Positions 27,888 to 37,442 of a DNA stretch of 64,000 bases are shown piece by piece; positions within the stretch are counted from its first letter, which is position 1; each line of letters begins with the position of its first letter. The DNA is from Candidatus Melainabacteria bacterium 17Bon1m. Its GTDB lineage: Bacteria > Cyanobacteriota > Vampirovibrionia > Obscuribacterales > Obscuribacteraceae. Position numbers and translations under genes: made by a program. The notes below the pieces were generated by a model. That model saw only the letters and a list, made by a program, of their open reading frames with translations. It was not told where the DNA came from and searched no databases. Location: assembly GCA_032128875.1 (NCBI GenBank), contig JAVLKG010000003.1:760974-824973 (forward strand), in the 5' to 3' direction.

Positions 27888-28948
27888 AGTTTTCGCATGG
27901 CGCCCGACTGATTGGTGTCGGAGCTGGTTTGCCCTCTGCAGTGGTTACGAATTTCGACCTTGAGAAACTCGTAGACACATCGGACGAGTGGATCAAAACA
28001 CGCACAGGTATTTCCGAAAGGCGCATCGCGTCAGAAGAGGAAACGACCAGCCAATTGGCTATTGCTGCTGCAAAGGATGCCATTGGATTTGCCGGCATCG
28101 ACCCGCAAGAAATTGAACTTGTCGTCGTCGCCACCTCCACACCGGACAATCTTTATCCGTCTACTGCTTGCATGGTCCAAGCGGCAATCGGCGCAAAACG
28201 TGCTGCCGCCTTCGACATGGAAGCAGCATGCACCGGCATTGTCTATGCGCTTGCAGTTGCACAGCAATTTATAGGATCTGGAACCTTCAAATGCGCGCTC
28301 GTAATTGGAGTGGACATTCACTCGCGTTTTCTCAATTGGGCCGACCGCAATACCTGCATACTTTTCGGTGATGGCGCCGGCGCATTTATCATCAAAGCTG
28401 ACGAGAAAGAAAACGAAATGCTGGGGACTTATTTGCGCGCAGACGGCAGTGGCGGGCACCTTTTGCACATTCCCAACACTGGCTCTGCTTATCCTCATGC
28501 GGGAGTTACACCGCCTACTGCAACACATGGATTTCTCGAAATGAATGGTCGAGCAATCTATGAATTCGCAGTCAACGCAGTGCCAGAAGCGGTGCGTGCT
28601 GCATGCAGCGACGCAGGCATTACTGTTGAAGACATCGACTTTTTGATCCCTCACCAAGCCAATATGCGTATCATCAAGTCAGCTGCGGAGCGGCTTGGCA
28701 TGGCGCCTGAAAAGATCGTCAGCAACGTAAATGAGATGGGGAATACATCTGCCGCGTCCATACCACTTGCAATGTGGCAAGCTCTAAAACGTGGTCAGAT
28801 CCAGGTCGGCTCGACTTGCGCCCTTGTAGGCTTTGGTGGTGGATTGACCTGGGGTTCTGCGATTGTGAAGTGGACGGCGGTTGATCAACGCAAGTCGTCT
28901 CATGATGAAGGTTCGCAAATTACTGAAGTAGAGACGTCCAAAAAGTAA
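27884..28948 (+). CDS. fabH: Beta-ketoacyl-ACP synthase III
   Basis: DTSDEWI.TRTGI, AACTG, FGDGAGA, PHQAN, GNTSAASIP, GFGGGLTWG; TTG start overlaps the plsX stop. Confidence 0.97.
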   Translation: MKFSHGARLIGVGAGLPSAVVTNFDLEKLVDTSDEWIKTRTGISERRIASEEETTSQLAIAAAKDAIGFAGIDPQEIELVVVATSTPDNLYPSTACMVQAAIGAKRAAAFDMEAACTGIVYALAVAQQFIGSGTFKCALVIGVDIHSRFLNWADRNTCILFGDGAGAFIIKADEKENEMLGTYLRADGSGGHLLHIPNTGSAYPHAGVTPPTATHGFLEMNGRAIYEFAVNAVPEAVRAACSDAGITVEDIDFLIPHQANMRIIKSAAERLGMAPEKIVSNVNEMGNTSAASIPLAMWQALKRGQIQVGSTCALVGFGGGLTWGSAIVKWTAVDQRKSSHDEGSQITEVETSKK

Positions 28949-29027
28949 CTGCCCTCAATTGGTATCAAGATCATTTTGAATCGTTTTTGAATTGCTTTTG
29001 AATTCTGTTGGTTGAAGGAGAAAAAAA

Positions 29028-29978
29028 ATGAGCAAGCTGGCATGTATCTTCCCGGGACAGGGCTCACAAGCTGTGGGCATGGGGAAAGATCTGGCGGAAA
29101 AATTTCCAGAGGCAAAAAAGCTTTTTGCAGAAATCGACGAAATTGCCGGACGCTCGCTCAGTCAATTGTGCTTTGAAGGTCCAGATACCGAACTGAAGCG
29201 CACTATCAATACTCAGCCGACAATTCTTGCAGTGTCGATGGTCGCATGGCGCTGTTATGAATCCATGGGTGGACCCAAACCATCTTTTGTAGCTGGGCAC
29301 AGTCTCGGTGAATTCTCCGCTCTCTATGCCGCTTCTGCTTTTGATTTGCAGTCGGCTGTAAAACTCGTAGATAAGCGCTCTCAATTGATGGAAGCTTGTC
29401 CGAAAGGTGCGATGTCTGCTGTTATCGGAATGGCGGCGGATAAGCTCGAGGAGATTACAAAAGAAGTTTCAAAAACTCTTGGTGAGCCTAAAGTTGTAAT
29501 CGTCGCCAATTTCAATACCAAAGAACAGCTGGTAATCTCTGGCGATCCTGATGCTGTGGCTGAAGCCGGCACCAGAGCCAAGGCTGGTGGTGCTAAGGTA
29601 ATTCCGTTGCCGGTTGGTGGCGCATTCCATTCACCTCTCATGAAGGCTGCTGCCGATGAGTTTGAAACACTGGTCAAAACTATCGACATCAAGGACGCCG
29701 CATTTCCTGTCGTTCAAAACGTTGATGCTAAGCCGGAAACGAGCGGTGCTGCATTGAAAGAGAAACTCTCGCGTCAAATGCCGAGTTCTGTTCGCTGGTG
29801 TGAAACCATCGAATACATGCTTGGACAGGGCGTCAATACGTTCGTCGAAATCGGACCAGGTAAGGCGCTTGCCGGTATGATCAAGAAAATCGATCGTTCT
29901 GCAAATGTCTATAACGTCTATGATGCGCAGACTCTGGAAGAAACATTGGCAGTGCTCAAAGAGACCGCTAAGGTCTAA
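29028..29978 (+). CDS. fabD: Malonyl-CoA-ACP transacylase
   Basis: FPGQGSQ, GHSLGE, GAFHS, EIGPG. Confidence 0.97.
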   Translation: MSKLACIFPGQGSQAVGMGKDLAEKFPEAKKLFAEIDEIAGRSLSQLCFEGPDTELKRTINTQPTILAVSMVAWRCYESMGGPKPSFVAGHSLGEFSALYAASAFDLQSAVKLVDKRSQLMEACPKGAMSAVIGMAADKLEEITKEVSKTLGEPKVVIVANFNTKEQLVISGDPDAVAEAGTRAKAGGAKVIPLPVGGAFHSPLMKAAADEFETLVKTIDIKDAAFPVVQNVDAKPETSGAALKEKLSRQMPSSVRWCETIEYMLGQGVNTFVEIGPGKALAGMIKKIDRSANVYNVYDAQTLEETLAVLKETAKV

Positions 29979-29997
29979 TGTCTACCTAAATCATTAG

Positions 29998-31998
29998 CTA
30001 GTGATCGCGCTTGTATATAAGTGCGGTTGGCATTGTTGCAGCATTGTCTTTCATCCACTTCGTAGCTGAATTTATTACAGTTATTTGATATGTGCCTGGG
30101 AATTGAATTTCCTGCTTCAGTGTTTCTTCCAATTTCATCTCTTCTCTGTTCGGAAGAATGTTGACCACACCAGGAACAACGGCTAGCACGTAGAATTTTT
30201 GATCGGGAAGATACTCCATGATTTTGCGATACAGGTACGCTTCCTTTACGCCTTGGTGCTTGCTCAATATCTCGATGACGGTGTCAACGGTTCTTTGCGG
30301 TAGATCGTGTGAAACGATGAGATCGGACTTGTTCAAGCTCTGTCTTTCGGCTTGCGCGAGTCCTATGACATTCTGATACTCAAACCAGAGTTTGTCTAAA
30401 TCTTTGACCGCTTCATGATTGCGCTTCTTTTCGTAGTACTCGCGCAAATAGGCGCAGGCGTGTAGACCAAACTCTTTCTTTTCTCGTGCCAGTGCTTTCA
30501 GTATTGGAATACCACTTTCGTCATCCTTTTCCAAAAGTATCGTTGCAACGGCATACCGAGCTTCCGCGTGTTGAGGTTCTCGCTCCAGCACCTTTTGAAA
30601 TGCGGCCAATGCAGCAGGAGGTTCATCTCTTACTGCTGTCAGGTTCGCGACTTTCACCAACTCATCTACTGAGAGTTCTTGAGTTTCAGCTTTCCTCTCT
30701 AGTTCGTTCAATTCATTTGCTGCTTCCATAATCTGCGCATGAACAGATTTCCATTGCATGTTGTTGGCGTTGAACCATTGGTCACTGCAATACTGAATTA
30801 TCGAAGGCAACTTCTTTCCGAAATAGAGAGACGCTGCCGATTGCGCTTGCGTCAAATCTAGCGGCAACGAATCGTAAAGGGTTTCCGGCTGCATACTTTC
30901 TTGCGTGAATTTCGCCAGGTGCAGTCGTTCTTTGAGTGAGGGGTGGCTATCTTCGTCGTCGGTAGGTCGCTTGAGCGCTTCGGCTAGTTTTTCAACTGAT
31001 TTGGTTTTGTCGTCCGGTGCGGCTGCAAGCTTTTCGCCGATCTGAAAGTAAACCAAATCTGGCGGAGCATCAACGTCTTTGATAGTGTTTTGGATTGAAG
31101 TCCAAATGTCATTGAGCTGATTTCCTTTTATTTCTGTGAGTGTCAGAGCCTGTCCGCAAATCTTGTTATCTGTGACTTCGATAGCTTGAAGGTCTGCTTG
31201 TTTTTCGTGCTCTCTGGCTATGACAAGAGATGATGCGCTGAAGCGTGGGAAATACCAGTCATAGAATCTGCTCAAAAGTACGAGTGCAATCTGCGAATGC
31301 TGATGCATCGCCACAAGAAGCTGTACCAATCGCACGCGCTGATTGTATATGAATGAGTTGCTTTTGCCGTGGTTGCCGGAAATGTGACCAAATTCGTGAG
31401 CTAGAACAGACTTGAAATGCTGTGGCGGCAATGACTGCATGAGTGGCAGGCCCAGCACGACATAGTTTGCATACCAGCCGAAAAATCCTAAGCGCGGATG
31501 TTGCACCACCATCGCATTGAACTGGTCATCGACCAGTATGTGATCGACTTTGATTTTCAACTGTTCGGACAATTGTGTGACTAGTTCGAACAATTCCGGA
31601 TACTCGCTGCGATCTAGTTCAAGTCCGGCAGGCGGGGCAAGCGAAACCCAGAGCGCACGAATGTATGCAAGAAGAGCAATCAGTAATCCGAATGCGATTT
31701 GTATTCCGATACCGTAGATGTGCTTGGATGCAACCATGATCCAAATCGTGCCAGCCAGCATGAGCACGAGCACCAAAGGCACGAAAAGAATGTAGAGATA
31801 ACCGAGCATCGCAAATGCCAAAACTTTTCGTCTGTAGCCTTTGTAATCTCTTCTTGCTTCTTCTTCGGCTTTGCTGACGCGGCGTGCAATTTCATCTTCC
31901 GGCATCATCTGATGGGCGACGCTTTGGGGCGTCTCCATAGCCGGCATGTTAGTCAGTGTTTTTCTGACCTCAGCTTTTGGTTGTTGGGCTTCGTTCAT
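29998..31998 (-). CDS. M48 family membrane metalloprotease with a TPR-like C-terminal extension
   Basis: TM helices, FNA, LAHEFGH, E..AD, SHP..ER; TPR-like FQKVLEREPQHAEARY. Confidence 0.88.
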   Translation of the reverse strand: MNEAQQPKAEVRKTLTNMPAMETPQSVAHQMMPEDEIARRVSKAEEEARRDYKGYRRKVLAFAMLGYLYILFVPLVLVLMLAGTIWIMVASKHIYGIGIQIAFGLLIALLAYIRALWVSLAPPAGLELDRSEYPELFELVTQLSEQLKIKVDHILVDDQFNAMVVQHPRLGFFGWYANYVVLGLPLMQSLPPQHFKSVLAHEFGHISGNHGKSNSFIYNQRVRLVQLLVAMHQHSQIALVLLSRFYDWYFPRFSASSLVIAREHEKQADLQAIEVTDNKICGQALTLTEIKGNQLNDIWTSIQNTIKDVDAPPDLVYFQIGEKLAAAPDDKTKSVEKLAEALKRPTDDEDSHPSLKERLHLAKFTQESMQPETLYDSLPLDLTQAQSAASLYFGKKLPSIIQYCSDQWFNANNMQWKSVHAQIMEAANELNELERKAETQELSVDELVKVANLTAVRDEPPAALAAFQKVLEREPQHAEARYAVATILLEKDDESGIPILKALAREKKEFGLHACAYLREYYEKKRNHEAVKDLDKLWFEYQNVIGLAQAERQSLNKSDLIVSHDLPQRTVDTVIEILSKHQGVKEAYLYRKIMEYLPDQKFYVLAVVPGVVNILPNREEMKLEETLKQEIQFPGTYQITVINSATKWMKDNAATMPTALIYKRDH

Positions 31999-32040
31999 TA
32001 TCGATTTAGATCTAGATACTTGAGAAGAAGGAGTCTGCGA

Positions 32041-33258
32041 CTAGCGGCAAATGGCCTTTTCTTCTGTCTTTGCTTCTATAAGCACTTCCTCGACTGTTTT
32101 GCGCATAACTATCGTGCGTTTGGCGAGCTCGTGGAAAAACTCTTTGTGCGGGACGCAGATTTCAGGAGGGATGGCGCCGCGTTCCATGATCGTTCCGGCA
32201 AGCATCATGTCGGCAACGATTGCCGGTGGTACTCCTGTATCTAAAGCGCCGCAGGACAAGCCCCATTTCTTGTGTGCCAAGACTGTGGTTTCTAAGGTTA
32301 CATTCACGGGTTGACCGTTGCGCTTTCCTTTTACTTCGACGCGAACAACTTCGGCATCATCAGGTGCCTGAGGTGTTTGTGGGAAGCGCTCGATCAAGTG
32401 AGCAAGCACTTTTCTCGGTGTGAACTTTCCTTCTTGTATTTCTACTTTCTCGTTATCGCCGAAGCCGAGATCGACAAGCAATTTCAGGCGGTCATGAAAC
32501 TCAGTCGGTAAGCCAAGTCTGAAAGTGACATCGGTACAGCCTTTGTGCTCGTAAGTTTTTGGCAGTGTCAAAACTTCTGAGTGCAGCGTCAAAATAGCTT
32601 TACAAGCACCGACTGGTTCGGGCAATTGAACGAGCTTTTCGCCGGACATTGGTGGCTTTGCCCGAAACTCACCATCTTCGAAAACCATGGGTTCTTTCGT
32701 GTATTCATCGAGGATGGTGTCGATTGCATATGGCGGCTGCAACGGGTGATCGGTGGTTACGAAGTCGATGCATCCGACTGTGATATCGATTGATTTCACT
32801 TCGTCCAGCTCGCCGGCCCCTGCTGCTGCCATGATGTTTGTCATGCCAGGTGCTGCGCCCATGCCGAGTACTGCAGCTAAACCTTTGCTGCGGAATTCGT
32901 CGTTTAATTCCAGTTGTTTCTTCGTCACGTGGAATAGTCCACCCAGATCCATGTAGTGGCAACTGGCTGCAAGAGCTGCTTTCATGACATCGACGTTGAA
33001 ATAATATGGTGTGGAGTTGATGACCAGAAATGCGTCACTTAGTACTGCGGCAAGTGATGCCGGGTCTTTCAGATCGCAGAATGCTGCCTCCAACTTCTTG
33101 CTCTTCAGGCTGTTTTTCAGCTCTTCGGCTTTGTCTTTATTGAAGTCAGCGATGACGATTGAGTCGAAATTGCTGAATTCGGCAAGGTCTCGCACAATGA
33201 CCTGTCCCATTGCTCCGGCGCCGCCCAGCACTACGATTTTTTTCATGAGCTCACACAA
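32041..33258 (-). CDS. Saccharopine dehydrogenase family protein
   Basis: VLGGAGAMG, HYMDLGG, GMGAAPGMTN, HSE, GAIPPE. Confidence 0.88.
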   Translation of the reverse strand: MCELMKKIVVLGGAGAMGQVIVRDLAEFSNFDSIVIADFNKDKAEELKNSLKSKKLEAAFCDLKDPASLAAVLSDAFLVINSTPYYFNVDVMKAALAASCHYMDLGGLFHVTKKQLELNDEFRSKGLAAVLGMGAAPGMTNIMAAAGAGELDEVKSIDITVGCIDFVTTDHPLQPPYAIDTILDEYTKEPMVFEDGEFRAKPPMSGEKLVQLPEPVGACKAILTLHSEVLTLPKTYEHKGCTDVTFRLGLPTEFHDRLKLLVDLGFGDNEKVEIQEGKFTPRKVLAHLIERFPQTPQAPDDAEVVRVEVKGKRNGQPVNVTLETTVLAHKKWGLSCGALDTGVPPAIVADMMLAGTIMERGAIPPEICVPHKEFFHELAKRTIVMRKTVEEVLIEAKTEEKAICR

Positions 33259-33502
33259 CCTATTGATTTGCTATTGCTTACTTAATGGTTAGTCGTTATT
33301 TAGACGAATTTCAATCTCAGCGGGTGAGTTCGAGCAAACTCGAAATCAAGCGCTAAGAGCACACTGAGGACCTATACCGAAAGCAGCCGTGAAACCGCCT
33401 GCCTGAGTGCGCGCAGGTGAATAAGTGTAGCAAAAGATGTCAGACCAATAATGGCCCGCTCTCGTACTCTATTTATGGATACGGTTTTGCAACCGGCAAC
33501 TT

Positions 33503-34087
33503 CTAATATTTGCCGCTGGTTGCTGACCCGGCGCCGTTGGCTGTGTCGTCTCCATAGGATGCCATGCCGTTGCCACCGGGGATGTAAGGCGTCAGTTTAG
33601 GACCGCCGTTGTTGCCGCTTCTGTAGCTGCTGCCGCCGCGCTGGAGCACGGTTCCGGGGACATAGTATTGCGCAGCCTGGTGACCCAGATCTGAGCGAAT
33701 TTGGTCGCCAGGTTGAGACACGTTTGCTCCCCACTTTGAGACAGGAACCTGAGCTCCGCCCTTCTTTTCGATTCGCTGTGGAGTGTAGAAGTTGTCTCCA
33801 GGAGTCTGGATGTTGGCGCCCCACGGTACTTTGGGAAGTAATGGGTTGGCTTGAGCGCCACCGACTTGTAATCCCTGCGCCGTTTTACTGAGAGTTCCAG
33901 AGGAGATGTAACTGCCGGAGGGATCCATGAGCCCGATCTGGTTCTGGTTGCAAACGCGCGCGCTGCCGTTGCCGTAGTGGAAGCTATAGCTGCTGTTCTG
34001 CGCAAAGGCAGGAGCAACTACAGAGGCGCAAATAAAGGCTGCGCCTGCAATAAGGAGGGTTTTATTCATAACGTTAGTAAGGTCCAT
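33503..34087 (-). CDS. Secreted Gly/Ser-rich hypothetical protein
   Basis: Signal peptide ending AFA; duplicated WGAN(I/V)..PGD motif. Confidence 0.75.
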   Translation of the reverse strand: MDLTNVMNKTLLIAGAAFICASVVAPAFAQNSSYSFHYGNGSARVCNQNQIGLMDPSGSYISSGTLSKTAQGLQVGGAQANPLLPKVPWGANIQTPGDNFYTPQRIEKKGGAQVPVSKWGANVSQPGDQIRSDLGHQAAQYYVPGTVLQRGGSSYRSGNNGGPKLTPYIPGGNGMASYGDDTANGAGSATSGKY

Positions 34088-34154
34088 TAGGAGCGGGTAC
34101 CTGGGGTGGTAGATAACTTGCTTCTAGGTTTGTAATCCGCGGCTCCGCCTCACT

Positions 34155-34322
34155 CTAGAGATGGCTGAGTTGGCTGAATGCGGAAAAAAGGCTCAGCGTT
34201 AGAGCGCTGAGGAGGATGTAAACGCCAGCCAGACGAGCTTGCGACCGTGAAATGGTCACTGCTTTCACCTTGACCTGTACGCTTCTCAAGGCGCCTGCCG
34301 GCTGCCTGTTATGCCTGTTCAT
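34155..34322 (-). CDS. Possible 55-aa single-TM small protein
   Basis: ATG 34322 preceded by AGGCGGA; basic N-terminus and hydrophobic C-terminus LAGVYILLSALTLSLFSAF. Confidence 0.4.
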   Translation of the reverse strand: MNRHNRQPAGALRSVQVKVKAVTISRSQARLAGVYILLSALTLSLFSAFSQLSHL

Positions 34323-34483
34323 AAAAAGTCCGCCTAGTAAGTGTTGTAGATGCACTATAGATCAGTAGTAAAGGTAATAAAAGTTGCTACTTTACAATTT
34401 AATGTAACAGATTTAATCTGGATTCCGCAAGGGGGTCTGGCTCTACCGCCCACCAGGCTTGAAATACCCAATTTTGGAACTCT

Positions 34484-34539
34484 ATCGATAACGATTCGGT
34501 TGCGCACATGAAATCCTGAACCGAATCGATAACGATTCG
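34484..34539. promoter_or_regulatory. Two copies of the (CGA)ATCGATAACGATTCG motif
   Basis: atcgataacgattcg at 34484-34498 and cgaatcgataacgattcg at 34522-34539. Confidence 0.6.
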
Positions 34540-34569
34540 ATTTCAAAAGACTGGTCAAGGGATGAAAAA

Positions 34570-35286
34570 TTATGCCGGCAGTGTGAGAGCGCGTTTGTGG
34601 GCTTGATTTTCCAGGGCGTCGTCTAGAGCATCAAGTTGGATGCTGCCATATCGTCGGCTCAAAGCTTGGGAAATAAGCTGGTCGCAAAATTGTGGATTCT
34701 TGGGCAGCAAGGAACCGTGCAAGTATGTGCCATACACTTTGCCGCTTTGCGCGCCTTCGCCGCCGTCTTCTCCATTGTTTCCATTGCCGACCACGACTTT
34801 GCCTAGTGGCTGAACATCTTTGCCAAGATATGTTTTACCGCTGTGGTTTTCGAAGCCGACAAGAGTCGTCTCGTCGCTGCGCCTGATAAGTACATTGCCG
34901 ATCATGCGTCGATTGCCGGCAACCGTGTGCGCATCGATAAGCGAAATACCTCTCAGCTCTTCGCCTTCATGAGGTTTGTAATAGTGACCAAGAAGCTGAT
35001 AGCCACCACAGATTGTGAGGAATGCAGCGCCATTGTCGACCGCGGTTTTCAATTGCTTGGCGCGCTTGACTAGATCCTGCGCAATGATTTGCTGCTGTTT
35101 GTCTTGACCGCCGCCGATAAAGTAAAGGTCGAAATATTCGGGATCAGCTTCTTGGTCCAATCCGATTGGACTAACTGTGACTTCGATATTGCGCCATTTT
35201 GCTCGTTGTGTAAGGGCGATGATATTGCCCCGGTCTCCATAAATATTGAGAAAGCGAGCGTATAAATGAGCGATACGTAATTCCAT
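34570..35286 (-). CDS. gatD: Type 1 glutamine amidotransferase, CobQ/GatD-like
   Basis: LY...LNIYGDRGN, GGGQD, ICGGYQLLG, GFENHSG, TYLHGSLLPKNP. Confidence 0.85.
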   Translation of the reverse strand: MELRIAHLYARFLNIYGDRGNIIALTQRAKWRNIEVTVSPIGLDQEADPEYFDLYFIGGGQDKQQQIIAQDLVKRAKQLKTAVDNGAAFLTICGGYQLLGHYYKPHEGEELRGISLIDAHTVAGNRRMIGNVLIRRSDETTLVGFENHSGKTYLGKDVQPLGKVVVGNGNNGEDGGEGAQSGKVYGTYLHGSLLPKNPQFCDQLISQALSRRYGSIQLDALDDALENQAHKRALTLPA

Positions 35287-35774
35287 AAGTTGGCTCAACT
35301 GCTGAATTTGAAGTGCTGCCGACAATTCATTATAACGATGGGATTTTCTTTGCTACTAGTTAACTTACGCCCGACTTTTGATTGCACTCGGATCTCACGA
35401 GCCTGTCATCGCGCTTTCCAGTGTCTCCATATTTGATACCACCGGCGGGGCGCACCATATATAGTAGCGCGATCGCAAGAAGCTCAGTCCGATAAAAGAT
35501 CAATACCGCGGGAATATTTGAGTTCTTGATAATTGGTTGCCAGGAAATAAGGCGTGCCCTGCGTCTCGGGATTTCTAACTGATATATTTTTGGTGCCCTT
35601 CTCTTAAAATATTAGCGTTTTTTAAGCTCCGGCTTTTCGGCACCAGTCGTGGTTTTTCAACGATACTTTCAACACGTGTTTCAAATTGCACGTTTTACCA
35701 CTACTACTGACTGGAATATGTAGGCTATGATGCTTTCGTTAGATTCAGGTCATTGCGAAGGAGTGATTACTACT

Positions 35775-36338
35775 ATGAAGAAGGGGTTTGCAACCTTACT
35801 TACCGCATTAGTTGCCGTAAGTGCGAGCACCTTAGTCAATACGTCTGCTGCTTATGCGCAGGGTGCTAGTAATGTCAGCGAACTGACTGATGTTGTTGGA
35901 AATGAATGGGCATACAACGCCCTCAAGGAGCTCGTAAACAGCCCTTGCCACATCCTCGTTGGTTACCCAGACAGAACTTATCGTGGACAAAAATCCACCA
36001 CACGTTTTGAATTGGCTGCGGCGCTTTATAAATACGAACAGTGCATTACCGAAAGGCTTGCACTCAAAGCTGATAAAGCGGATTTGGAAAAATTTGCTGC
36101 CTTGTTGGAAGAGTTCCGCGGTGAACTCAACCACCTCAAGGCTCGCGTTGATAGCTTAGAAGCTAGAATGCGCGCTGTTGAAGAGAAGAATATTGAGCAA
36201 GACATGAGACTTGCTTATGCTGAGCGACAAAAGGGCTTCCTCTGGGAGCGCGTGGTAAAGGGAACAGCGATCGACGTACGTGATATTGGTGTCGGCGTGT
36301 ACCGTGGTGCACGTGGTATCTACCAATACTTGTTCTAA
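35775..36338 (+). CDS. SLH-domain plus coiled-coil envelope protein (porin-like N-terminus without a beta-barrel)
   Basis: AAGGAG RBS, signal peptide, SELTDV....WAYNAL..L...GYPDRTYRG....TRFELAA, heptad coiled coil, C-terminal Phe. Confidence 0.88.
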   Translation: MKKGFATLLTALVAVSASTLVNTSAAYAQGASNVSELTDVVGNEWAYNALKELVNSPCHILVGYPDRTYRGQKSTTRFELAAALYKYEQCITERLALKADKADLEKFAALLEEFRGELNHLKARVDSLEARMRAVEEKNIEQDMRLAYAERQKGFLWERVVKGTAIDVRDIGVGVYRGARGIYQYLF

Positions 36339-36381
36339 GAACGAACGGATTCTCTCTACTCGCTTAGATCTGATCTACAGG

Positions 36382-36413
36382 AACTCCCGGCAGTCACATG
36401 CTGACGGGAGTTT
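36382..36413 (+). terminator. Intrinsic terminator after the SLH gene
   Basis: aactcccg-gcag...ctga-cgggagttt stem-loop. Confidence 0.7.
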
Positions 36414-36499
36414 CAGCTTAGCTATGCAAATTTGTCAAGCGAAAAGGTGAGCAATTGGCTCTCGTTGGGCACCAGCCTGGCGGCAGCTTGGATTCAAAG

Positions 36500-37300
36500 A
36501 TGGCAGCCTTCAATTTTTCGATGCCGGATGTTGAGATATCTCCTGAGCTTGCCTTTGCTCTTGATGTTTGTCGGCGTGCGGGCGAAGTTGCCATGAATCA
36601 TTTCGATCGCGATATTGCGGTTGAAGAGAAGTCCGATGGCACCCCAGTAACTGCTGCTGACAAGCAATGCGAACGCCTTATTCGTGAATCAATTGCTGAT
36701 AAATTTCCCGAGGACGCAATTCTTGGAGAAGAAGAAGGCGGCGACGATGCGCCACTTTCAAAAGGCCGTCGCTGGATAATCGACCCCATCGATGGTACTT
36801 ACAACTATGCTCGAGCCGTGCCGATTTTCTCGACTTTGCTTGCCCTTGAGAAGGACGGTGAGATTGTCTTAGGGGTTGTGTACAATCCGGCTGCCAATGA
36901 GATCTTCTGGGCAGAGAAAGGCGCAGGAGCCTTTCGGAATGGCAAAAAAATCAAGGTCTCAGAAATTTCTGAGATCAAGAATGCCCAGTTTAATTTCGGT
37001 GCTTTGAATCGCGTACAGGCAATGGGGCTCTGGGATTCTTTTGCCGAGCTTGTAAAAAATACTGTCCGCCAACGTGGATTTGGGGACTACCTCGGCTTTG
37101 CGCATGTCTTTGAGGGTAAGGCCGAAGCTCATCTAGAAGTCGGTGTGAAAGTCTGGGATCTCGCGCCCATGAAGATAATCGTTGAGGAAGCCGGCGGGCA
37201 GTTCAGCGATTTGTCGGGCGGCAAGTCTGTCTACAGAGGCAGTTGCCTGATTTCAAATGGCCTTGTGCACTCGCAATTTCTGGGCATATTAAAACGTTGA
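36500..37300 (+). CDS. Inositol monophosphatase family, probable histidinol-phosphate phosphatase (HisN-like)
   Basis: KSDGTPVT.AD, ILGEE, WIIDPIDGT, RGFGD, WDLAP. Confidence 0.85.
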   Translation: MAAFNFSMPDVEISPELAFALDVCRRAGEVAMNHFDRDIAVEEKSDGTPVTAADKQCERLIRESIADKFPEDAILGEEEGGDDAPLSKGRRWIIDPIDGTYNYARAVPIFSTLLALEKDGEIVLGVVYNPAANEIFWAEKGAGAFRNGKKIKVSEISEIKNAQFNFGALNRVQAMGLWDSFAELVKNTVRQRGFGDYLGFAHVFEGKAEAHLEVGVKVWDLAPMKIIVEEAGGQFSDLSGGKSVYRGSCLISNGLVHSQFLGILKR

Positions 37301-37326
37301 TAGGCGTTGTGGGTTTCCTTTAGGCA

Positions 37327-37340
37327 AGCCGCATGCGGCT
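37327..37340. repeat. REP-like palindrome agccgcatgcggct
   Basis: Same core as 15816-15830 (gccgcatgcggctcc). Confidence 0.5.
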
Positions 37341-37442
37341 CCTTTTCCGGTTCTTCACTCAACGCTCTATTTCTTCTAACTGGCTAAATCAGCCAATTTT
37401 GACAACTGTCAGGGTAAAATTGCCTCTCTGAGGGAATTCTCA

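Noticed and set aside
26976..27898. Long antisense ORFs (267 and 291 aa) over plsX, with similar shadows over secD, mrp, the suf genes, pyk and the ABC gene
   Set aside because: They lie opposite well-conserved genes, show no recognisable motifs, and are expected from codon bias.
33358..33415. CTGAGGA...GAAA hammerhead-like core and hairpins upstream of the saccharopine dehydrogenase gene
   Set aside because: Stem II cannot pair, and I recognised no match to a riboswitch consensus.
35469..35476. HIP1 octamer GCGATCGC
   Set aside because: An isolated occurrence, with no visible enrichment as in HIP1-rich cyanobacteria.
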